From NCBI RefSeq assembly GCF_035594765.1, contig NW_026943823.1, positions 1,550,001 through 1,614,000 of the forward strand: a stretch of 64,000 nt of DNA, in the 5' to 3' direction. The translations under genes were made by a program, and so were the position numbers. Below, piece by piece: positions 28,864 to 39,863 of the stretch. The first letter of the stretch is position 1; each line of letters begins with the position of its first letter. Below the pieces are notes generated by a model that searched no databases, was not told where the DNA came from, and saw only the letters and a list, made by a program, of their open reading frames with translations. This DNA is from Anolis carolinensis (lineage: Eukaryota).

Positions 28864-31800
28864 CTGCCCTATCTCCCAAAATAATTCTCCCAAACAGAGC
28901 TTGGAAGCAAAATGGTGTAAATAACAGAGAGAGTCCTTGTGGAGAAAAAAAGGGAGCATGCTTGTTCCATCAATGTTTAACATTTACACAAACAACTAGC
29001 CACTACCAGAAGGGACAGAAAGTTTATTTATTATTATTTATTTATTTACTACATTTATATCCCGCTCTTCTCACCCCGAAGGGGACTCAGAGCGGCTTAC
29101 AAATCAAATGAACATACAATATATTATTAGCATAGCACAATATGAGCATTAAATTACTATATTGTATTATATCATTATATGGTAATATTATTAGTGATAT
29201 TACATTTAATATATAATATATAATTAATATTATTATATTGTACTAGCTGTGCCCGGCCACGCGTTGCTGTGGCAAAGTGGTGGTGGTATTGGTTAAAAAT
29301 TGTTGTGTAATTTTTATTTGATGTTATTTGCAATTTTTTTATTAATTTTATTGTAAGTTATATTTTTATTTATTATATTTTATTATTTTCTTGTATTATT
29401 TTTAGTTATTTTATGTTATTATAGTATTTTATTGTATTAATTTTTAGTGTTTTTTATTTATTTATTTTTTTGAGGTTGCTAGGAGACCAAGTTGGAGGAG
29501 CTTAACCTTCTAACTGGCAGCAATTGGATAAAACCAATTATTCCTCTCTCTCTAATTAGGACTTTGTTTTTCTTTTCTTTTTGTTGTATCAACCTAGAGG
29601 CGTGGATGACGGGTTGTGTTGTCAAATTTCGAGGTTGGGGGGCCTGTAGTTTTGTTGTTTTGTCGGTCGCCGTGATGCCATCACTCTTTTATGGATATAG
29701 ATTATTAGAAGTATAATATTGTATTCCATTATCAATATTATTGTATCTATATATATATAAAAGAGTGATGGCATCACGGCGACCCACAAAACAACAAAAC
29801 TACAGACCCCCCAACCTCGAAATTTGACAACACAACCCATCATCCACGCCTCTAGGTTGATACAACAAAAAGAAAAGAAAAATAAAGTCCTAATTAGAGG
29901 GAGAGCAATGATTGTTTTTATCCTATTGCTGCCAGTTTAGAGGGCTAATCTCTGCCCACTTGGTCTCCTAGCAACCAACTCAGCCCAGGGGACAGGCAGA
30001 CTTAGGCCTCACTTAGGCTTCTTCCACAGATTATCTAATTTGCACTGGATTATATGGCAGTGTAGACTCAAGGCCTTTCCACACAGCTATATAACCCATT
30101 TATAATCTTATATTATCTGCTTTGCACTGGATTATCTTGACTCCACACTACCATATAATCCACTTCAGTGTGCATTTTATCCAGCTGGGAAGAAGGGCCT
30201 CATATAATCCAGTTCTAAGCAGATAATATAAGATTATCAATATACAATATACAATTCCTCAATACTTTATTTCCCATACCACCATACTTCGCCACAGCAA
30301 CGCGTGGCCGGGCACAGCTAGTATACATATAATATTATCAATATTATATGTATATACAATATATATTTCATCTATGCTGACGATCGTGCCATCACCACTC
30401 AAGCAGGAAGCTTTGAAATGGTTGAGGAGAAGCTCTTCGAAGCTTTAGGTGCTCTTACTGCCTATTACAGGAGAAACCAGCCAATTCCTAATCCATCTAA
30501 AACGCAGACGTGTGCTTTTCATTGTAAGAACAGACAAGAAGCACAGGAAGCAAACCTTAAGGAGCACTACGACCAAAATGCAGCAAAAGGTAACAGTGCA
30601 AGCTCTTATATTTGCAAATGGGACCATGGTTTCAAACCGTAAAACGGGGATTCACTCACTTTTCCAAACCACTTTGGACTTCACGTCGGTCCAGTAGACG
30701 TCGTAAGACTGGGCCACGGTTGCTCTGGATCAATAGGAAAAGGGAAAGCATGTTGGCAAAGCATTCTATCAATGCAAATGGTATTGTAAAATAAAACTCT
30801 GATGCAGAAATATCGATCCTCTAATGACTCCCTGAACAACAAATCCCACGATTCCGTAGCATTGAGCCATGATAGCCAAAGTAGGCTTAAACTGCATTAA
30901 TTCTGTAATGTAGATGCATCCCATGAGGTCTGTAATAAGCATGGAATTGGAAAAGGTGCAAATGAATTTTTGGTCAATTTGCCTTTTGTTCATAATTGGG
31001 AAGTATGAAAGTACAGAAGAGTCTCACTTATCCAACACTCGCTTATCCAACGTTCTGGATTATCCAACGCATTTTTGTAGTCAATGTTTTCAATACATCG
31101 TGATATTTTGGTGCTAAATTCGTAAATACAGTAATTACTACATAGCATTACTGCGTATCGAACTACTTTTTCTGTCAAATTTGTTGTCTAACATGATGTT
31201 TTGGTGCTTAATTTGTAAAATCATAACCTAATTTGATGTTTAATAGGCTTTTCCTTAATCTCTCCTTATTATCCAACATATTCGCTTATCCAACGTTCAG
31301 CCGGCCCGTTTACGTTGGATAAGTGAGACTCTACTGCAGGGGTCCCCAAACTTTTTAAGCAGGGGGCCGGTCCACAATCCTTAAGACTCTTGAGGGGCCG
31401 AATTATCATTTGAAAAAAAATACAAACAAATTCCTATGCATACTGCACATGTCTTATTTGTAGTGCAACAACAACAACAACAACGAAAGAACAATACAAT
31501 ATTTAAAAATGAAAACAATTTTAACCAACATAAACCTATTAGGATTTCAACGGAAAGTGTGGGCCTGCTACTGGCCAATGAGATACTCAAGTTAATTAGG
31601 ATTGTTGTTGTTGTTGTTGTGTGCCTTCAAGTCATGTCAGATTTTGGCCGAGCCTAAGTCTAAAATTAATTATTTATTTACTGCATTTATTTACTACATT
31701 TATATCCCACCCTTCTCACCCCGAAGGGGACTCAGAGCAGCTGTATGTAAATACAATATATTATGGGAAAGTAATGAACTAGCCAAATAGCGAGAGAACC

Positions 31801-32548
31801 TTTTGTAACACCAGAATTTACACTAAAGTGTAAACAATTTCCCAATAAACCCATTACAAAGCTTCAACACGTAACTTACACAAACAGCACTACTTTAGGG
31901 CAGTCTTTGTCGGGCGGAAGCCATGTATAATTCGCCTCTTTGGTTTTCAAGTTGGTGTTGGAATGAGTGACTGCGACATCCGGTCGTCCAAAACACTGCA
32001 AAAGGGGAAACACCCATTGAGTTCTTGTGTCTTTTAAAACAAGGTTCAGATCTGTCGCTTTTCTTGGGTCGGGCAGAAATATTGGCCAATGATAGCACTG
32101 AGCCATACCGATTTAATTAACCGGTATATCATCTCTTAATTGAATCAATCGTATTTACAGAGGTTATGCTCGGATCCTTTTGCTTTAAGCTCAGGTGGTT
32201 GGAGGCAACCGTCAGATCAGGATGAAGATATTCAGGGACTTGGACTATAATGGCTCTTACCTCTAATAGTCTGGTGTTGTTGGGAGGAGTTTGCCATGAA
32301 CCCAATGCAACCGGGGAACCAAATGTCCGGGCCTCCAGCAGCACGCCTCTGTATTCGGACCCGGTGATCTGAACTGGAGAAAGATGATGATAATGATGAT
32401 GATGATAATAATAATAATAATAATAATACATAATAATAATAATACATCACACAGTCCTAGACACTTGGGAAGTGTTCGACTTGTGGTTTTGTGAAACGAA
32501 ATCCAGCATGACTATCTTGTGTGCTGTGTCATACAACATCGTTGTGTC

Positions 32549-32591
<43 letters not shown>

Positions 32592-32920
32592 TTACTGTAT
32601 TGGAATATGTATGTGTGTGTGTGTGTGTATGTTTCATGGAAAGGCAGGAAATTAAAGTTTGATTGAAAAGCTGTGGACATATCAAGAATCATTTCATCCC
32701 TAACTATACATATATAAGTATGTGTATACACACACACACATACTGTATTGGATATATATATATACACACACACACACACATATATACACACATATGTATG
32801 GAAGAGGGAGTGTCAATGTTTGAACAACTGTCGACATATCAAGAATAACTTCATTGTGTCCCTAACCATACACACACTATTTTCTCTCTTTCTTTCTCTC
32901 TATGTGTATGTGTGTGTGTG

Positions 32921-32952
<32 letters not shown>

Positions 32953-33844
32953 TATACATACATACACACACTCTATTCTCTCTGTCTTTCTATACATACA
33001 CATATGTATATACATATATATATACATATGCATATATACACACAAACTATATCCTCTGTGTGTGTATACACACACACTNNNNNNNNNNNNNNNNNNNNNN
33101 NNNNNNNNNNNNNNNNNNNNNNNNNNNNNNNNNNNNNNNNNNNNNNNNNNNNNNNNNNNNNNNNNNNNNNNNNNNNNNNNNNNNNNNNNNNNNNNNNNNN
33201 NNNNNNNNNNNNNNNNNNNNNNNNNNNNNNNNNNNNNNNNNNNNNNNNNNNNNNNNNNNNNNNNNNNNTGTGTGTGAATAGAAAAGGTAAAGGTTTCTCC
33301 TGACGTTAAGTCCAGTCGTGACCGACTCTGGGGGTTGGTGCTCATCTCCATTTCTAAGCCGAAGAGCCGGCGTTGTCCGTAGACATCTTCAAGGTCATGT
33401 GGCCATTGGCATGACTGCATGGAGCGCCGTTACCTTCCCGCTGGAGCAGTACCTATTGATCTACTCACATTGGCATGTTTTTGAACTGCTAAGTTGGCAG
33501 GAGCTGGAAATTTGGTTAATAAATTTCATGGAAGGGCAAGGAGTCAACGTTTGATCGAACAGCTGTGGACATACCAAGAATAACTTTATTTCATTGCTCT
33601 AAGAATAACAACAACGGCAAGGCAAGGAACACTTACCACTGATGGGCTGACCCTTTGAGAAAGAGGGTGCGCTGGCCAGGATCTGGAAAGGGGCCGGAGA
33701 GGTCTGGGGCTGGGTCCCCGGGTGCAAAGGCAACATGTTTCCGCAGGCCGAGGAAGGTGCGCCGTCGGGAAAGGCGTGATGCGAACCGAGTCTGGTCCAA
33801 AGGACCGAGAATCCAAAAAGAAGGGAGAGATTCCGCAGAGACAT
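28254..33844 (-). CDS. Stand-alone reeler-domain protein (198 aa) with signal peptide and GPI-type C-terminus; exons 33637-33844, 32261-32373, 31880-31995, 30660-30724, 28254-28348
   Basis: All introns GT-AG, phases consistent, 597 nt in total. Reeler motifs FPDGAPSSACGNMLPLH, YRGVLLEART, LGSW, C..VAVTHS..K, YTWLPP, FVATVAQSYDVYW; hydrophobic tail GVMVFSLFLSLLG. Confidence 0.88.
29243..29701 (-). mobile_element. Non-autonomous Helitron
   Basis: CTAG plus hairpin at 29243, TC at 29701 on the minus strand. Confidence 0.8.
29746..30321 (+). mobile_element. Non-autonomous Helitron
   Basis: A|TC ... GC hairpin ... CTAG|T. Confidence 0.8.
30367..30545 (+). mobile_element. LINE reverse-transcriptase fragment (probably Vingi/Ingi-like)
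   Basis: FIYADDRAITTQ...NPSKTQTCAFH: YADD catalytic motif and NPSKT motif. Confidence 0.7.
31014..31336. mobile_element. Tc1/mariner MITE, 323 bp
   Basis: TIRs of the same family. Confidence 0.8.
31337..31600 (+). mobile_element. hAT (Charlie / OposCharlie1-like) non-autonomous fragment
   Basis: CAGGGGTCCCCAAACTTTTTAAGCAGGGGGCC ... aacaaattcctatgcatactgcacatgtcttattt; right boundary approximate. Confidence 0.6.
33079..33268. other. Assembly gap (N run) inside (CA/TA)n microsatellite
   Basis: Run of N. Confidence 1.
33281..33507 (-). mobile_element. Sauria SINE (partial)
   Basis: aaaaggtaaaggttt tail and the conserved core, as at 1666. Confidence 0.8.
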
Positions 33845-34183
33845 GATCCCCAGAGAAGAGCTCAGAAGCCAGAATGAATCCCGTGAGTTTGGAGAGAAAA
33901 CTTTGAAACAAAAGGGTTCACAGACCCGTAACAGAAGCATTTCCAGCCCACATCACATGTCCTTTACGCCGGAGATTGTGGTTATTCTTATAGTTTCAAC
34001 ATAAGTGAAATAAATGGATTTTTGGGGAATAAACCAAGCTTGCAGGACTTTCTCTGCTTCAAAAGATACCTTTTTCCAAACTTACATGTTTGTTATCTTG
34101 CTACGGTACTCCCCCCACAATGATTTATAGTTCACCAAGAGACTTCAAGCAAATAATATGATTTTATGAATACTTCACAACCT

Positions 34184-35124
34184 CTGAGGTGCCTGACGTG
34201 GATGTGGGTGAAACGTCAGGAAAGAATGCTGCTGGAACATGGCCATACACTGAGGATGCCTGCCATAGATGTGGGTGAAATGTCAGGAGAAAATGCTTCT
34301 GGAACATGGTCATACACTGAGGATGCCTGTCATAGATGTGGGCGAAACGTCAGGAGAGAATGCTTCTGGAACATGGCCATACGCTGAGGATGCCTGCCAT
34401 AGATGTGGGTGAAACGTCAGAAGAGAATGCTTCTGGAACATGGCTATACACTGAGGATGCCTGCCATAGATGTGGGTGAAACGTCAGGAGAGAATGCTGC
34501 TGGAACATGGCTGTACACTGAGGATGCCTGCCATAGATGTGGCTGAAACGTCAGGAGAGAATGCTGCTGGAACATGGCCATACACTGAGGATGCCTGCCA
34601 TAGATGTGGGTGAAACGTCAGGAGAAAATGCCGCTGGAACATGGCTGTACACTGAGGATGCCTGCCATAGATGTGGGTGAAAAGTCAGGAGAGAATGCTG
34701 CTGGAACATGGCCATACACTGAGGATGCCTGCCATAGGTGTGGCCGAAACGTCAGGAAAGGATGCTGCTGGAGCATGGCCATACACTGAGGATGCCTGCC
34801 ATAGATGTGGGTGAAATATCAGGAGAGAATGCTGCTGGAACATGGCCATACACTGAGGATGCCTGCCATAGATGTGGGTGAAACGTCAGGAGAAAATGCC
34901 GCTGGAACATGGCTGTACACTGAGGATGCCTGCCATAGATGTGGGTGAAAAGTCAGGAGAGAATGCTGCTGGAACATGGCCATACACTGAGGATGCCTGC
35001 CATAGGTGTGGCCGAAACGTCAGGAAAGGATGCTGCTGGAGCATGGCCATACACTGAGGATGCCTGCCATAGATGTGGGTGAAATATCAGGAGAGAATGC
35101 TGCTGGAACATGGCCATACACTGA
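34184..35124 (+). repeat. Tandem array of 14 x 67 bp derived from a Penelope-like element; each unit carries hammerhead core boxes
   Basis: ctgagg(a) starts at 34184, 34250, 34317, 34384, 34451, 34518, 34585, 34652, 34719, 34786, 34853, 34920, 34987 and 35054; the last eight units are two copies of a 268-bp block. Confidence 0.95.
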
Positions 35125-35158
35125 TTCCTTATCCAAAGTGTATAAACTTTTTCTAATA

Positions 35159-35466
35159 CAGTAGAGTCTCACTTATCCAAGCTAAACGGGCCGGCAGAAG
35201 CTTGGATAAGTGAATATCTTGGATAATAAGGAGGGATTAAGGAAAAGCCTATTAAACATCAAATTAGGTTATGATTTTACAAATGAAGCACCAAAACATC
35301 ATGTTATACAACAAATTTGACAGAAAAAGTAGTTCAATATGCAGTAATGTTATGTTGTAATTACTGTATTTACGAATTTAGCACCAAAATATCACGATAC
35401 ATTGAAAACATTGACTACAAAAATGGCTTGGATAATCCAGAAGCTTGGATGAGTGAGACTCTACTG
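35159..35466. mobile_element. Tc1/mariner MITE
   Basis: TIRs and TA flanks. Confidence 0.8.
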
Positions 35467-35854
35467 TATATGCATCAAAATGTAACTTGAAGACAGCTAC
35501 CTCTCTATGTCCCGGGTTGCATAATCCATTAGGAAAGGGAACCATGGCCAAGATCCCTCCAGCCATTTCCCAAGACAGATAACTCCCTGAACCATTGCGT
35601 ATATATGCAGATAAATCAGGCATGGTCAAACTTTGGCCCTTGATTTCAAGTGTATACTGAGAGTGCAGTGTATATCTTTTGTTTAGGAACCGAAGCAGTA
35701 ATAATTCTCTTAAAAAAAGAAGAGCGTGCCCTCTTTCGCTCTTTCTGCAAGACAATCCACCACGAAAGAACTAGATTTAGCGTGGAAATGGATTGGAGCA
35801 GAAAGCCAGATTTCCTGTCACAAGCAGCAGAAGGAAAAGAGAGGAGATGAAATA

Positions 35855-36730
35855 TTGAGGGGAAAACCCAAACCAAATTCATGGAAACATACTAGGATAA
35901 TATTGATACCTAAACCTGGTAAGGATAAACTACAGTAGAGTCTCGCTTATCCAACGTAAAGAGGCCGGCAGAATGTTGGATAAGCGAATATGTTGGATAA
36001 TAAGGAGAGATTAAGGAAAAGCCTATTAAACATCAAATTAGGTTATGATTTTACAAATTAAGCACCAAAACATCATGTTATACAACAAATTTGACAGAAA
36101 AAATAGTTCAATACGCAGTAATGTTATGTTGTAATTACTGTATTTATGAATTTAGCACCAAAATATCACGATATATTGAAAACATTGACTACAAAAATGC
36201 GTTGGATAATCCAGAACGTTGGATAAGCGAGTCTTGGATAAGTGAGACTCTACTGTACTGTATTTACGAATTTAGCACCAAGATACAGTAGAGTCTCACT
36301 TATCCAACACTCGATTATCCAACGTTCTAGATTATCCAACGCATTTTTGTAGTCAATGTTTTCAATATATCGTGATATTTTGGTGCTAAAGTCGTAAATA
36401 CAGTAATTACTACATAGCATTACTGCGTATTGAACTACTTTTTCTGTCAAATTTGTTGTATAACATGATGTTTTGGTGCTTAATTTGTAACATCATAACC
36501 TAATTTGATGTTTAATAGGCTTTTCCTTAATCTCTCATTATCCAACATATTTGCTTATCCAATGTTCAGCCGGCCCGTTTACGTTGGATAAGTGAGACTC
36601 TACTGTATCAAGATATATTGAAAACATTGACTACAAAAATGCGTTGGATAATCCAGAACGTTGGATAAGCGAGTGTTGGATAAGTGAGACTCTACTGTAA
36701 GATTAGACTCATATCGCCCTATTTCTCTGC
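35855..36730 (+). mobile_element. L1/Tx1-like RT fragment split by nested MITEs (35933-36255; partial copy 36256-36697 containing 36286-36605)
   Basis: Removing the MITEs and one TA rejoins SWKHTRIILIPKPGKDKL|RLDSYRPISL. Confidence 0.8.
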
Positions 36731-36813
36731 AAAAATAAGGAAGGGCTGAAAAACTAGGCTTATACTCGAGTATATACAGTACTTCCCAGGCCTCAAAGAT
36801 GTTTTAGAAGTTA

Positions 36814-37136
36814 CAGTAGAGTCTCACTTATCCAACACTCGCTTATCCAACGTTCTGGATTATCCAACGCATTTTTGTAGTCAATGTTTTCAATACATCG
36901 TGATATTTTGGTGCTAAATTTGTAAATACAGTAATGACTATATAGTATTACTGCGTATTGAATTACTTATTCTGTCAAATTTGTTGTATAACATGATGTT
37001 TTGGTGCTTAATTTGTAAAATCATAACCTAATTTGATGTTTAATAGGCTTTTCCTTAATGCCTCCTTATTATCCAACATATTCGCTTATCCAACGTTCAG
37101 CTGGCCCGTTTACGTTGGATAAGTGAGACTCTACTG
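36814..37136. mobile_element. Tc1/mariner MITE, 323 bp
   Basis: TIRs and TA flanks. Confidence 0.85.
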
Positions 37137-37369
37137 TACTTCTATAGACTAATTGATTGAAAGTTCTAGTTGTTAAAAGTTCTACGTTGTTAAAGAGTGG
37201 GTTGTTGCATTGCTCATCGCGATTGTTGCTTTTCATTGATTGCTCAAAAGTCAAATTTTGGGGTAAATTTTCAACCCCTCCCAGCTTGTGCTTCTGGTTA
37301 TGGGCCCGGCTGGCTGTGCCACAAAGCGCCACGGTTTTTCTCCTTTAAGAGCATTGGGGCTGCCGTTCT

Positions 37370-37500
37370 GTTGGCGGAACAGCCGTTGCCGCGGTGATGA
37401 TTGTGACCCAACACTTGAGTCGCGGAAGCCGTCCAGTCAATGGCTTAATGTGGGAACCAGCGGATATCGGAAAGGAGTCGGCGGAGAGAGCTTTGCACAG
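37370..37500 (+). promoter_or_regulatory. Candidate AKAP14 promoter and non-coding exon 1
   Basis: CpG-rich patch, X-box-like gttgccgcggtgat (~37385), cggaag, donor cag|gtaatt at 37500/37501; an acceptor lies at 39853, just before the AKAP14 ATG. Confidence 0.4.
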
Positions 37501-38024
37501 GTAATTCCGTTGCCAGGAGCAGAGGGAAGGCTTGGCATCCATCCCGTGTTCCTTGATGAAACAATTGGGCATCCACTTCGTGTTATGTATTATGATTGGC
37601 ATCTATGGCGGAGAGGGTCCTGGGAACGGGAGACGTGAATGCAAACGAAAGAGCCTTTCACCCGTGACATTTTAGACATCGTTTCTGCAAATGCATGCCT
37701 TAAATGCCTCGAAGCATCCACTGGGTGAATCAGGCAGGAGTGCATTTGCAAGCACAGATATCAACCAGGCAGACTAAAACACACTTGGCATGCAAAAGGC
37801 CTTGCTCAATCCACAGCAGGTAGAAATTTTCTTCGATTAGTATCCCAACAGCATCAGGTAGAATGAAAGAAAATGGTTAAAACATGCCTCTGTTAACAAA
37901 GCCTCCATCAGTGACATTGCTTTCCAGAAAGTCTCTAACCCCTAACCCCAATCTCACCTTTTGCTCTGCATCCTATGTCTACCTGGAGGGTTTTTTCCAG
38001 CAGCATCTACTTAGTTGCATGATG

Positions 38025-39741
38025 AGGTCTAGAGGAACTCAGACGTTCATGTTAGGTCCCACCAACCTCTCTGCAAGGTCTGCAGAAACTCAGACGTTCA
38101 TGTTAGGTCCCATCAACTTGTCTGCAAGCTCTAAAGAAACTTAGATTTTCATGTTAGGTCCCATCAACGTGTCTGCAAGGTCTAGAGAAACTCAGACGTT
38201 CATGTTCAGTCCCAGCAATCTCTTTGCAAGGTCTAGAGAAACTCAGACGTTCATGTTAGGTCCTATCAACTTGTCTGCAAGCTCTAAAGAAACTTAGATT
38301 TTCATGTTAGGTCCCATCAACGTGTCTGCAAGGTCTAGAGAAACTCAGACGTTCATGTTCAGTCCCAGCAATCTCTTTGCAAGCTCTAGAGAAACTCAGA
38401 CATTCATGTTAGGTCCCATCAACCTGTCTGCAAGGTTGGAGAAACTTAGATGTTCATGTTAGGTCTCATCAACGTGTCTGCAAGGTCTAGAGAAACTCAG
38501 ACGTTCATGTTCAGTCCCAGCAATCTCTTTGCAAGGTCTGGAGAAACTCAGACATTCATGTTAGGTCCCACCAACCTGTCTGCAAGGTCTAGAGAAACTC
38601 AGACATTCATGTTAGGTCCCATCAACGTGTCTGCAAGGTCTAGAGAAACTTAGATGTTCATGTTAGGTCCCACCAACCTGTCTGCAAGGTCTAGAGAAAC
38701 TCGGACGTTCATGTTAGGTCCCATCAACGTGTCTGCAAGGTCTAGAGAAACTTAGATGTTCATGTTAGGTCCCACCAACCTGTTTGCAAGGTCTAGAGAA
38801 ACTCGGACGTTCATGTTAGGTCCCACCAACCTGTCTGCAAGGTCTAGAGAAACTCAGACATTCATGTTAGGTCCCATCAACGTGTCTGCAAGGTCTAGAG
38901 AAACTTAGATGTTCATGTTAGGTCCCACCAACCTGTCTGCAAGGTCTAGAGAAACTCGGACGTTCATGTTAGGTCCTATCAATGTGTCTACAAGGTCTAG
39001 AGAAACTCGGACGTTCATGTTAGGTCCCATCAACGTGTCTGCAAGGTCTAGAGAAACTTAGATTTTCATGTTAGGTCCCACCAACCTGTCTGCAAGGTCT
39101 AGAGAAACTCAGACGTTCATTTCAGGTCCCATCAACCTGTCTTCAAGGTCTAGAGAAACCCAGACGTTCATGTTAGGTCCCATCAACGTGTCTGCAAGGT
39201 CTAGAGAAACTCAGACGTTCATGTTCAGTCCCAGCAATCTCTTTGCAAGCTCTAGAGAAACTCAGACATTCATGTTAGGTCCCATCAACCTGTCTGCAAG
39301 GTTGGAGAAACTTAGATGTTCATGTTAGGTCTCATCAACGTGTCTGCAAGGTCTAGAGAAACTCAGACGTTCATGTTCAGTCCCAGCAATCTCTTTGCAA
39401 GGTCTGGAGAAACTCAGACATTCATGTTAGGTCCCATCAACATGTCTTCAAGGTCTAGAGAAACTCAGACGTTCATGTTAGGTCCCTCCAACTTGTCTGC
39501 AAGGTCTGGAGAAACTCAGATGTTCATGTCAGGTCCCATCAACCTGTCTTCAAGGTCTAGAGAAACCCAGACGTTCATGTTCAGTCCCACCAACTTGTCT
39601 GCAAGGTCTAGAGAAACTCGGACGTTCACGTTAGGTCTCACCAACTTGTCTGCAAGCTCTAGAGAAACTCAGATGTTCATGTTAGGTCCCATCAACCTAT
39701 CTTCAAGGTCTGGAGAAACTCAGACGTTCATGTTAGGTCCC
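38025..39741. repeat. Minisatellite, 51-bp unit, ~33 copies
   Basis: aggtctagagaaactcagacgttcatgttaggtcccatcaacctgtctgca repeats; 17-aa periodicity in the ORF track. Confidence 0.95.
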
Positions 39742-39863
39742 AGGAACACATCTGCTTCATGAACCAAAGTATACCTGTACATCTAAATTACTTAGCCGTC
39801 AGATTTCCCCGGTGCTTCTGATGCCATGTAATGTATTTTTTCCTCTTTCTAAGAGCGTGAACA

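Noticed and set aside
34184-35124. CRISPR-like periodicity here and in the 51-, 69- and 170-bp arrays
   Set aside because: Units repeat end to end with no unique spacers, there are no cas genes, and the DNA is vertebrate.
36091-36450. Recurring MTEKVV...WISETLLY ORFs (also 26728, 30990, 48020)
   Set aside because: Translations of the non-coding MITE.
37935-37952. ctaacccctaacccc telomere-like motif
   Set aside because: Only two imperfect units; too short to call an interstitial telomeric site.
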